Assembly (NCBI GenBank): GCA_030698625.1
Contig: JAUYMS010000026.1
Span: 14,841-78,840, forward strand
Direction of reading: 5' to 3'
DNA: 64,000 nucleotides
Source of the DNA: Candidatus Omnitrophota bacterium
GTDB lineage: Bacteria; Omnitrophota; Omnitrophia; Omnitrophales; Aquincolibacteriaceae
In this document: positions 47,216-56,089 of the stretch, in pieces
How positions within the stretch are numbered: the stretch's first letter is position 1
Layout: each line of letters begins with the position of its first letter
Translations under genes and position numbers: made by a program
The notes under the pieces: model-generated
Databases searched by the model: none
What the model saw: only the letters and a program-made list of their open reading frames with translations
Told to the model about the DNA's origin: nothing

Positions 47216-48007
47216 TCAATCTCCCGGCGGCCACTTCGGAACCGCATCGATAAGGCATCTCGTATAAGCCTGTTCGGGTTTGGTAATCACCTGTAATCTC
47301 GTACCACACTCTACAATTTTACCGGCTCTAAAAACAACCACCTCGTCGACAAGGCTACTCACCAGAGCAATGTCGTGAGTGATGAGGGCCATACCGCCGG
47401 CGAGCTGGGGGCGAAGCTCCCTGAGAAGTTCCACGATCTGCGCCTGCACCGACACATCAAGTTGAGAAGTCGGTTCATCAAGAATCAAATAATCAGGCTT
47501 CATCGCAAGTGCCCTGGCAATGGCCACGCGTTGTCTTTCTCCCCCGCTAAGTTCGCTCGCGCCCCGTTTGAGATAATCGGCTTTAAGCTGCACATTATTC
47601 AGGGCTTCTTCCACACGCTTACGCCGCTCATGTCTCGGCAGGTTCCGTACGCCTTCCTCCATGATCGCATCAACCTTCCAGCGTGGGTCCAGAGACATAT
47701 ACGGGTTTTGAAAGACCATCTGCACCCGGCTCCGGAATTCGCTTTCGTTTCGCCGCAGCCAATCACCAAGCATCCTCTGACCGTAGTAGATTGTTCCTTT
47801 ATCCGCAACGATCAGCCCGACCATTAATCGCGCCAAAGTGGTTTTGCCGGATCCGCTTTCGCCGACGATCCCGCAGAAGGATCCCCGCCGAAGAGAAAGC
47901 GTCACATCATCGAGCGCATGAAAGGACTGTCCGCGCGAGAAAATACCCTGTCTGACGTTGTATGTTTTGAACACGCCTTCAAACCGAAAGAGGTCTTCGC
48001 TCTTCAT
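47216..48007 (-). CDS. ABC transporter ATP-binding protein (OppF/DppF-like).
   Basis: Walker A GESGSGKTT, signature LSGGERQR, Walker B ILDEPTS. Confidence 0.85.
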   Translation of the reverse strand: MKSEDLFRFEGVFKTYNVRQGIFSRGQSFHALDDVTLSLRRGSFCGIVGESGSGKTTLARLMVGLIVADKGTIYYGQRMLGDWLRRNESEFRSRVQMVFQNPYMSLDPRWKVDAIMEEGVRNLPRHERRKRVEEALNNVQLKADYLKRGASELSGGERQRVAIARALAMKPDYLILDEPTSQLDVSVQAQIVELLRELRPQLAGGMALITHDIALVSSLVDEVVVFRAGKIVECGTRLQVITKPEQAYTRCLIDAVPKWPPGD

Positions 48008-48723
48008 CGTTTCATGACCGGCACAGAATTAATCAGCATTCGAGTGTAATCCGTTTTAGGATTTCTCAGGACTTCGGCGGGCGAACCCAGCTCCAGGATG
48101 CGGCCATGCTGCATCACGGCCAACCGTGTCGCACGCCCCGCAGCCAATGCCAAATCGTGCGTGATAAAAACAAAGGTCACGCCCTGGCCGTGAATTTCCC
48201 AGAACAGGTTCATAACATCCGCCTGCAGGGTAACATCCAGCGACGATGTGGGCTCATCGGCAACGATGAGCTGAGGCCGCCGCAAAAGCGCCATCGCAAT
48301 CACCAGCCGCTGCCTCATGCCTCCGCTCAGTTCGTGCGGATAGCTCTTAAGGCTGATTTTCTCCAGCGGCAGATGGACTCGTTTCAGGGCTTCTTCGATC
48401 GCAGCCCGGTTTGAGGTGAGCTCGCGCATCTGGGATCCGATCGAAAACAAGGGGTCAAGCGCAGCAAGCGGGTCCTGAGGAATGTAAGACATCTCCGCCA
48501 CGGGAATGCGGCGAATGGTTTCCCCGGCCAGCAACACACCATTTTTGAATCGCAGAAGATCCAGCATCTCATAGCCAAGGGTACTCTTGCCCGCCCCCGA
48601 CTCGCCGATGATCCCGAGAAATTCCCCGGTCTGAATCTCGAGGTCAACGGGCCCGACTACTTTTTCGGTAGTTCCTCGCTGCCGATAAGCCAGTTCCAGG
48701 GCTTTCATTTCAAGCAACGACAT
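48004..48723 (-). CDS. ABC transporter ATP-binding protein (OppD/DppD-like).
   Basis: Walker A GESGAGKST, signature LSGGMRQR, Walker B VADEPTS. Confidence 0.85.
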   Translation of the reverse strand: MSLLEMKALELAYRQRGTTEKVVGPVDLEIQTGEFLGIIGESGAGKSTLGYEMLDLLRFKNGVLLAGETIRRIPVAEMSYIPQDPLAALDPLFSIGSQMRELTSNRAAIEEALKRVHLPLEKISLKSYPHELSGGMRQRLVIAMALLRRPQLIVADEPTSSLDVTLQADVMNLFWEIHGQGVTFVFITHDLALAAGRATRLAVMQHGRILELGSPAEVLRNPKTDYTRMLINSVPVMKR

Positions 48724-49716
48724 TTAAGAGTTCCTCTCAGAACGCAATCCGTCACCTAGGGCATTGAAAGAAAGCGCCGTCAAAAAGATAACGACTCCGG
48801 GAAATAACACCCACGGATGGAGCTGGATATGGGCAACGGAAAGCGCTTCGCTAAGCAGGTTGCCCCAACTGATGTCGGGCTCCTGAATTCCCAAACCCAG
48901 CACGCTCAACACGGACTCAGCCAGAATGTAAGAAGGGATGGAGACGCTGACGACAATCAGCAGATAGGAGAAGGTATGCGGGATCACATGGCGCAGGAGA
49001 ATCTCGCCATGGCGCCGTCCGAGAACCCGCGCGGCCATAACGAACTCGCTCTCACGAATAGACAGGACCATGCCTCGCACGACTCGCGCTATCCCTCCCC
49101 ACCCGATAAAGCTCAGAATAACGACGATCAGCATGTAGATCTGTTTTGAGCCAAGTTCAGCCGGAAGCACACCTCGCAAAGCCAAGAGGAAATAAAATCC
49201 CGGGATCATGATAAATAGTTCCGCTGTGCGCATAAGGATCTGGTCGATCCGTCCGCCGAAATAACCGCTGGCTGCACCAATCACGAGACCGAGCACGGTC
49301 GACAGAAAAACACCGAGAAAACCCACCGAGAGCGAGACCCGAGCCCCGAACAGAATCCTTGAAAAAAGGTCCCTGCCGCGGGAATCCGTTCCCAACAGGT
49401 ACAGATGCGCGGGATCTTCGACGCTCAGAAGCCTCCCCCGCGCAACTCGAAGCGGAAAGCGGAGTGAGGTATCCTCTTTATAGTTTCTCCGATAGTATTC
49501 ATCAACTTCAAGTTCCGTTCGATAGACAAACGGCGTCAGATGAAAGTTGCCGTCTTCATCCCAGAAATGGACCTGGCTCGGCGGGTGAAAACTCTCGTGC
49601 CGGCTTTCCAATTGAGGATCATACGGCCCGAGCCAGCCGGCAAAAACGGCAGAGACCATCAACAGCCCCAAGAAAAATGCCGGCAAATGAAAAAAAAGCT
49701 TCGAGCGCCGTATCAA
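48724..49716 (-). CDS. ABC transporter permease (OppC/DppC-like). The start is refined to TTG 49716.
   Basis: BPD_transp_1 permease pattern. GGGGAGGA Shine-Dalgarno 4 nt upstream of TTG 49716. The ORF-track N-terminus overlaps the upstream permease and has a non-membrane-protein composition. Confidence 0.8.
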   Translation of the reverse strand: MIRRSKLFFHLPAFFLGLLMVSAVFAGWLGPYDPQLESRHESFHPPSQVHFWDEDGNFHLTPFVYRTELEVDEYYRRNYKEDTSLRFPLRVARGRLLSVEDPAHLYLLGTDSRGRDLFSRILFGARVSLSVGFLGVFLSTVLGLVIGAASGYFGGRIDQILMRTAELFIMIPGFYFLLALRGVLPAELGSKQIYMLIVVILSFIGWGGIARVVRGMVLSIRESEFVMAARVLGRRHGEILLRHVIPHTFSYLLIVVSVSIPSYILAESVLSVLGLGIQEPDISWGNLLSEALSVAHIQLHPWVLFPGVVIFLTALSFNALGDGLRSERNS

Positions 49717-50687
49717 TTTGTCCTCCCCAGCCGAATACGCGGATCCATGACCGCCAGCAGGATATCGGCCAATAAGTTCCCGATCACGAGAATAACGGCA
49801 ATCATGACCATGTTTCCGAGCACCAGAAACAGGTCCTGAGTACGAACCGCTTGTAACATCACCTGCCCGAGACCCGGCCATCCGGTAAAAATTTCCACGA
49901 GTGCCGCGCCGCTGAAGAGCGCGGGCAACTCCAAACCGAACAGAGTCACAAGCGGATTGATGGCGTTACGCCCTATATGCTTAAAAAGAATTTTGGCCTC
50001 TGAGACTCGCGAAGCCCGCAAATAAAAGACGAAATCCTTTGAGACCACTTCCAAGGTTTGCGAACGCATCAGGCGAAAAAGATAGGCAAAGGAACTCAAG
50101 CTCAGAACAAAGACAGGTATGGCCATGTGCCGCATGATATCCCAAACTTTCCCGACAGCACTCAGATCGGCATGACCTACGGATCTCATCCCGCCCAGAG
50201 GAAGCGGTCCCCACCGTGAGGCAAGGTAGAGGAGCACGAGGCAGAGAAAGAAATTCGGAATCGCCAACCCCAGGTAAGCCACCAAGCGAAATAGCCGGTC
50301 ACAGAAGCCATCACGATAGAACGCGGCCAGCAACCCTGCAGGAACGGCCGCCAACCACGCCAGCAGAAAGGCCGCGCCCGTGAGCAAAAAGGTATTTCCC
50401 AATCGTGACAACAGCAAATCAAGCACCGGCTGTTTGTAGGCAAAAGAATACCCAAAATCCAGGGTGCAAATATGTTTAAGCCAGTAGAAAAACTGCACGA
50501 GAACGGGTTGATCAAGGTGATACATCGCCTCATAACGGGCGATTGTCTCCGGTGAGATTTGCGGATTCAGACGCAGGCTGTCAAAGTAATTCCCCGGAAC
50601 AAAATGCATAACAACAAAGGTAATCAAGGGCAGGAAAAACAGGACCGGCAGAACACCCACAAATCTCTTTAGCAGAAATCGCATCAT
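49713..50687 (-). CDS. ABC transporter permease (OppB/DppB-like).
   Basis: Six-transmembrane permease with the conserved EAA-like loop. It overlaps both neighbouring genes by 4 nt. Confidence 0.85.
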   Translation of the reverse strand: MMRFLLKRFVGVLPVLFFLPLITFVVMHFVPGNYFDSLRLNPQISPETIARYEAMYHLDQPVLVQFFYWLKHICTLDFGYSFAYKQPVLDLLLSRLGNTFLLTGAAFLLAWLAAVPAGLLAAFYRDGFCDRLFRLVAYLGLAIPNFFLCLVLLYLASRWGPLPLGGMRSVGHADLSAVGKVWDIMRHMAIPVFVLSLSSFAYLFRLMRSQTLEVVSKDFVFYLRASRVSEAKILFKHIGRNAINPLVTLFGLELPALFSGAALVEIFTGWPGLGQVMLQAVRTQDLFLVLGNMVMIAVILVIGNLLADILLAVMDPRIRLGRTN

Positions 50688-52369
50688 GCTGCAGTCTCGA
50701 CAATCTCTACTTCGTCGATACGATTTATCGCACCGCCCAGCACCGAAGGATTTACATTTGTCAGCCGATTACGTACGGCGTAGATAACTTCGGGAATCAC
50801 GGTATAAATTAACGGCAATTCCTTCACAGCCACCTCCTGCCACTCGTTATAAAGCTCTCGCCTGCTCTCCGTATCCAACGTGGCCAGGGCTTCGTCATAA
50901 ACTTGATCGATCCGGTCCTGCCACGCGGCACCGGAGACGGCCGATCCCCGGTCCCAGAAATGCAGGGTCCCTTTCGATCGCCAGACATTAGCACCGAAAT
51001 GAGGGTCGGGCGAGCCCGTCAACCCGATGAGCACAGCATCCCATTCCCCTGTCGCAACGAGCTTCGCGACAAGACTGTTAAATTCCATAGGCAGGAAATG
51101 AACCTTGAAACCGAGCCGCGCGAGATCCTCGCGTATCATTGCAAGGATTTGAAGCCTCTCGGTATTTTCAGCATTGGTACTGAGCACGAACTCGACGGGG
51201 TTGCCCCCGGCATCTTCGAGTATGCCGTCGCCGTCTCTATCCTCAAACCCCTCGTGGCTAAGCAGGCTCTTCGCAAGGGACAGGTCATAGTCGTAACAGG
51301 CGGCCGTCTGCAAATAGAAATGCGGTGTTGACGGACTCACCGGGGAGCACTGCCTCATGCCCAAGCCCTGATAGACGATGTGAATCAGAGCGTCACGATC
51401 TAGGGCGTGTGCAATCGCACGCCGGAAATTACGATTTTGAAACCAAGCCCGCTTGTGCTTGTCTTTGGACGCTTGGTTAAAAGTCAGAAAATTGGAGTGC
51501 ATCGAAGCACCCACCTCATAAAGCTTAAAACGGCGAGCTTTCTCTAAGGGCTTAAGCAAAGGGAAATCCTTTCCCGTCAAGTCATAGACATCACTCTCGC
51601 CTTCCATAAACTTGAGTAACCTTCCATCGGGACTGGGGATAATCAGCAGCACGATTTTTTCGATATGCGGGAGGCTCCTCCCGCCGGCGTCCTTGCGCCA
51701 ATAGTTTTCGTTGCGAACCAGTTCCACCCGTTCCCCGGGCTCGTAAGAAGCAAGGCGAAAGGGTCCGGTTCCGATAATCTGATCAGGATCCTCATCGGTT
51801 CCCCAAGTTACGGAGAAGTTCCCCGATTCGACGGCAGGCCCGAGAACATGAGCCGGAAGTATCGGCTGGCCCAGGGCTAGCAGAAATGGGGCAAAGGCGC
51901 TGGGCAGCTGAAACCGCACCGCGTGGTCGTCGACCGCCTCGACTGTCATGCGCTCTCCTGCGAGGGTAAAAATATCTCGAGCCGCCGCAATGATGTCATC
52001 GTTGTAAATAAGACGATTGAACGTAAAGACCACATCACGCGCCGTAAAGGAAGTCCCGTCAAACCAGCGGACCTCTTTTTTCAAGAAAAATACCCAAGTC
52101 TTCTGATCTTCACTGATCTCCCAGTGCTCGGCAAGCCATGGCTCGACCTCTCCGGTAATCGGGTTGAGACGCGTCAGGCCTTCAAAGAGATACCCGGTTA
52201 CCTCCTGAGTCGAGGTCTCCTGCGCGACGATGTCGTTGAAGGATTTGGGGTCAGATGCAATTGCCCTGACAAGGGTGTCTGGCGAGGCATGTGCGTTCGA
52301 GGACAGAACTGCTTGGGCCAGTAATACGAACAGAACTTTAGAAAAATATCGCAAGGTGCCGAAAGACAA
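50684..52369 (-). CDS. ABC transporter substrate-binding protein, family 5 (OppA/DppA/NikA-like).
   Basis: Signal peptide and SBP_bac_5-type length and motifs. Confidence 0.85.
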   Translation of the reverse strand: MSFGTLRYFSKVLFVLLAQAVLSSNAHASPDTLVRAIASDPKSFNDIVAQETSTQEVTGYLFEGLTRLNPITGEVEPWLAEHWEISEDQKTWVFFLKKEVRWFDGTSFTARDVVFTFNRLIYNDDIIAAARDIFTLAGERMTVEAVDDHAVRFQLPSAFAPFLLALGQPILPAHVLGPAVESGNFSVTWGTDEDPDQIIGTGPFRLASYEPGERVELVRNENYWRKDAGGRSLPHIEKIVLLIIPSPDGRLLKFMEGESDVYDLTGKDFPLLKPLEKARRFKLYEVGASMHSNFLTFNQASKDKHKRAWFQNRNFRRAIAHALDRDALIHIVYQGLGMRQCSPVSPSTPHFYLQTAACYDYDLSLAKSLLSHEGFEDRDGDGILEDAGGNPVEFVLSTNAENTERLQILAMIREDLARLGFKVHFLPMEFNSLVAKLVATGEWDAVLIGLTGSPDPHFGANVWRSKGTLHFWDRGSAVSGAAWQDRIDQVYDEALATLDTESRRELYNEWQEVAVKELPLIYTVIPEVIYAVRNRLTNVNPSVLGGAINRIDEVEIVETAA

Positions 52370-52375
52370 TGTTAA

Positions 52376-54592
52376 TCAAACGCGCACATTTGATGCCACG
52401 AGTTCGTCAAGAAGCGCACGTACTCCTCGCGTACCCTCAAGATTGTAACGAGCATGACTCTGTGTCATTCCGACTTTAATAGAATAGGCCTCCTTGGGCA
52501 GGGCCTGAAAGAGGTCCTCGTCAGTCCAGTCATCACCGATTGATAGAATAAAGTCATACGGGACACTATTCAGAAAATGCATCCCCCCTACCCCCTTGTT
52601 GACACCGGACATACGGACTTCCACAACTCTGCTGCCTTGAAGTACCTGCAAATCGATCGTCGCGGTGTAATTGACTAGTTCATCGATCAGCTCTTTTTCC
52701 AACATGGAACCCAACTCACTGTCAGCTTTTCGGTAATGCCAGACCAGCGAACAAGTCTTCTCTTCAATCATCGATCCCGGCAGCCGGTCGACAAACAATT
52801 CCAGGATATGGCGGATCTGAGGTTTCCAGTCAGCCGTTTTTGGTACCATCGAGGTCCAGCTTTCGCCTTTACGCCGCAGATAGGCACCATGTTCGGCAAC
52901 GATCCCGACAGGCAGTTTTCCGATCCAGTTTTCCAGTGTATTACGGTCTCGTCCGCTGATGATCACAAGCTCGGTATTCGGCTGCTCTGTCAGCGTTCGC
53001 AAGGTCCGGAGTAGCGCCTCGTCGGGACAGGCCTTTTCGGGATCGGGGACAAAGGAAACAAGTGTCCCGTCATAATCCAGAAATACAATTCGTTTGGACG
53101 CCTCACGAAACTGCTTGAGCAAATCCTCTCTCGCGGTAGCTCCCAAGACACGCGCGCTAAAGCTCTTCTGCTCTTCCTTGACCCTACGCAGATGCTGTAT
53201 AAAATCATTGGCCCAACGGATCACGTCATACCGTCTAAGACGGTCCTGCATAATCCGGTTTCTTCTGCGCTGCTCCTCCACCGGCATGGTGAGGGCCTGC
53301 TGAAGCGCATCAACGATCTCTTCTTGGTCGTTCGGGTTGACGATAACCGCCTCGCCCAGTTCTTTGGCTGCGCCCGCCATTTCACTCAAAATGAGGACAC
53401 CCCGCTGATCATTGCGGCTGGCGATGTATTCCTTGGCGACTAAATTCATCCCGTCACGAAGGGGCGTTATCAGAGCGACATCACTCAAACCATAGAGGGC
53501 CACGAGTACCTCAAAGGGGACAAAGTTGTATTGATAAAGTGTAGGGGTCCAATGAATGGTGCCGAAACGCCCATTGATACTGCCGACAAGCTCGTCGATT
53601 TTCTTCTTCATTTGACGGTAATGCTCGACGCCGATACGCGACGGCACTACCTTCATAACCAAGATGACCTGACCATGCCATTCCGGGTGACGTTCCAGAA
53701 AAAGTTCATAAGCCTGCAGACGATTAATGACACCCTTTGTGTAATTCAACCTATCCACTGAGAGAATCACTTTGTATCCGGCCAGAGGCTTCTGTAGCTT
53801 CTCCTTTTTCTTCTGGACTGTCCCGCTCGCAGCCGTGGCGAAAAACCGATTAAAATCAATCCCCATAGGGAATGTGTCCACCTTAACAATTTGATTACCC
53901 GCAATGAGCTGCCCCATTTTATGCTCGAAACCAAGGGTACGCTGCACACTGCGCAGGAAATACTGGGCGTAGTCATGAGTGTGAAAACCGACAAGGCTGG
54001 CCCCAAGGATTCCTTCGAGAATCTGACGGCTCCACTTCTTGGGCAGCATGCGATAGATCTCAAAACTTGGGAATGGAATATGAAGAAAGAACCCGATGGG
54101 ACTCTCAGGTGCTTTTTCCCGCAGCAGTTTTGGCAAAAGCATCAGCTGATAATCATGTACCCAGATGATGTCATCCGGCCGGAGGATCTCTTCGACGGCC
54201 TGGCAGAAGCTCTCATTGACGCTTTGGTACTGGGTCCAGTACTCCCCGTCGCAGATAACATTCGCCGTAAAGCAGTGAAAAAGGGGCCATAGGGTCTTAT
54301 TACAAAAACCATGATAGAACTTGTCCATGGCCTTTTCGGCCAAAAATACAGGATGGGCGTGATACTCAGAATTTAGCTTTTTGCGAACCTCCTGTTGCCG
54401 CTCTTCGGGAACAGAAAGGCCGGGCCATCCGATCCATACGTATTCGAGCTCTTGGTTACGGGAAGCCTGCAGGGAATTGAGGTAGGCGCTGATGCCTGAT
54501 ACAAGCCCTCCGGCGCTCTCTTGATAGAGAAACTCTTCTCCCTTTTGTTCGAGAGTAATCGGCAACCGATTTGAGATGACGAGTAGTCTCAT
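52376..54592 (-). CDS. otsA: Bifunctional trehalose-6-phosphate synthase (GT20, OtsA) / trehalose-6-phosphate phosphatase (HAD, OtsB).
   Basis: N-terminal LLVISNRLP...HDYQLMLLP...GT20 motifs. C-terminal IVFLDYDGTLV HAD motif I. Confidence 0.85.
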   Translation of the reverse strand: MRLLVISNRLPITLEQKGEEFLYQESAGGLVSGISAYLNSLQASRNQELEYVWIGWPGLSVPEERQQEVRKKLNSEYHAHPVFLAEKAMDKFYHGFCNKTLWPLFHCFTANVICDGEYWTQYQSVNESFCQAVEEILRPDDIIWVHDYQLMLLPKLLREKAPESPIGFFLHIPFPSFEIYRMLPKKWSRQILEGILGASLVGFHTHDYAQYFLRSVQRTLGFEHKMGQLIAGNQIVKVDTFPMGIDFNRFFATAASGTVQKKKEKLQKPLAGYKVILSVDRLNYTKGVINRLQAYELFLERHPEWHGQVILVMKVVPSRIGVEHYRQMKKKIDELVGSINGRFGTIHWTPTLYQYNFVPFEVLVALYGLSDVALITPLRDGMNLVAKEYIASRNDQRGVLILSEMAGAAKELGEAVIVNPNDQEEIVDALQQALTMPVEEQRRRNRIMQDRLRRYDVIRWANDFIQHLRRVKEEQKSFSARVLGATAREDLLKQFREASKRIVFLDYDGTLVSFVPDPEKACPDEALLRTLRTLTEQPNTELVIISGRDRNTLENWIGKLPVGIVAEHGAYLRRKGESWTSMVPKTADWKPQIRHILELFVDRLPGSMIEEKTCSLVWHYRKADSELGSMLEKELIDELVNYTATIDLQVLQGSRVVEVRMSGVNKGVGGMHFLNSVPYDFILSIGDDWTDEDLFQALPKEAYSIKVGMTQSHARYNLEGTRGVRALLDELVASNVRV

Positions 54593-54600
54593 AGGCTAAG

Positions 54601-55797
54601 GTGTATGATCGTACGACAAAAGGGGCGTCTTGTCACCCCTTTTGCACTGTTGTAATATGCGGCAGTGACACCTTTGCTGACAAAAAAGATGTTCCGCCTT
54701 TTCCGGGCCTATGGAAAGCCGTCGGTCCCGGCATCATCTCGCTCGCACTCGCACAAGGAACTTCGCTTGCGGCCCTGACTGATTTTCCTCACGACTGGTC
54801 ACCGAAGGCTCAGACTTTGTTCTGGACGTCTCTGTCCATGGCTGTCTTCTTCTTTGGCATGATGTCCCGAGCAAAGTTGTGTATCAGTTCGTGGAAAGGG
54901 TGATGTGGGTGGTTTCAATCGTAACAATCGTGGACCTGCTAATCGCGTGCTGCCATCCTAATGTGAGACCCGTGCTCGGCCGTGAGGTCCGGCTGACTCA
55001 ACCAAACTCTTGACCGCGGTAAGCTTTGCCGGTCTCGGAGGCTTCTGGTCACTTTTCTACTCTTACTGGTTAAAGGAGAAAGGGGCAGGCATGGCCGCCT
55101 ACATGGGCCATCTGAGCGGCCCGATTATGGGCAAGAAAGACTTTATCCCCACCTCCGGCTTTACCTTTGACGACACAGATATAAATATGTCACGCATAAG
55201 ACAATGGCGCCGTTATTTGGCGGCGGATTCCGCCATCGGTGTCCTGGGCAACCTCATCACCACATTAATGACCTGTTTGCTGGCCTATGCCCTACTTCAC
55301 CCACAGAATATTCTGCCGGACGAATAAGAGATTGCCGTCGTGCAGGCGCGCTTCTTTGAGATGAGCTGGGGATCGCCACCCTGGACGCCGTCAGCCGGAT
55401 CCACACTGATTTTGCTCAGAATTTCTTTCCTAGTCCTCGTAATGTTTCAGCGCAGAAGTGCTATTCCTTCTTTGCGATACTGCTCACGATCGTGACTTCC
55501 CTCACCGTTCTGTTTAATGCACCCGACCCTCTAATCCTGCGCCGTGCCGTTATAGGATTTGCCGGCACCGCTATCGTTTCTTTCGCAACCCTATTCGTCA
55601 ACCATGGCGTGCGTCCAAAACTTATCCCAGGACATGCCGTGCCTCCCGCTTGGTCATTCTGGGGATTATTGTTTCTGCGATCGTTTATTCCGCACTTGCG
55701 CTTCTCTACTTCGGTCAATTCTTCCGCACGTAAGATTAAAATTCGGACAAAGCAAACGTTTTTTCAAATAAAATCGTTTTTTGCCTGGAGCCCCTAA
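54601..55797 (+). pseudogene. Nramp/MntH-like divalent-metal transporter gene disrupted by several frameshifts and an in-frame stop.
   Basis: The pieces are collinear with MntH but sit in different frames: 54601-54903 (frame 1), 54903-55010 (frame 3), 54986-55327 (frame 2, ending at TAA), 55328-55360 (frame 2), 55360-55797 (frame 1). The canonical DPGN/MPH motifs are not preserved. Confidence 0.4.
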
Positions 55798-55827
55798 AAA
55801 CTATTTTCACAATCTTTAATTTTTTTC

Positions 55828-55856
55828 TTGTAAATAAGTTAAAAATAATCTAATAC
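55828..55856 (+). promoter_or_regulatory. Sigma70-like promoter: TTGACA-like -35 box TTGTAA, a 17-nt spacer, then -10 box TAATAC.
   Basis: It sits in an AT-rich island about 80 nt upstream of the lysine-rich small ORF. Confidence 0.35.
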
Positions 55857-55936
55857 AGTCGTTAATTACTATCGGAGTGCGGTTGTGTCCAAGCGCCTCC
55901 GGTTGTTAACCTAAGTAAAAAACAAAGGAGCCATAA

Positions 55937-56014
55937 ATGGCGAAGAAAAAGAAAGCGAAGAAGGCAACGAAGAAAAAAGCAACGAAGAAAAAAGCAACGA
56001 AGAAGCGTAAGTAG
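55937..56014 (+). CDS. 25-aa lysine-rich small protein, MAKKKKAKKATKKKATKKKATKKRK.
   Basis: AAGGAG Shine-Dalgarno 6 nt upstream of the ATG, a promoter-like element upstream and an intrinsic terminator immediately downstream. It contains about 2.8 copies of a 15-bp repeat encoding ATKKK. Confidence 0.45.
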   Translation: MAKKKKAKKATKKKATKKKATKKRK

Positions 56015-56037
56015 TATTCGGTAGTTTCTTCAGAAAG

Positions 56038-56068
56038 AAAGGCCTGACACACGTCAGGCCTTTTCTTT
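56038..56068. terminator. Bidirectional intrinsic terminator between convergent genes.
   Basis: AAAGGCCTGAC-ACAC-GTCAGGCCTTTTCTTT: a perfect 11-bp stem (AAAGGCCTGAC/GTCAGGCCTTT; 8 of the pairs are G/C) with U-tracts on both strands. Confidence 0.55.
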
Positions 56069-56089
56069 GTCTACTGCTACCGCATGTAA

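Noticed and set aside
54617-54645. GGGG...CCCC hairpin with flanking T/A tracts just upstream of the otsAB start.
   Set aside because: No co-directional gene ends here, so it is unlikely to be a terminator. It may be a leader structure of the decayed Nramp gene or chance. Not enough evidence to call it.
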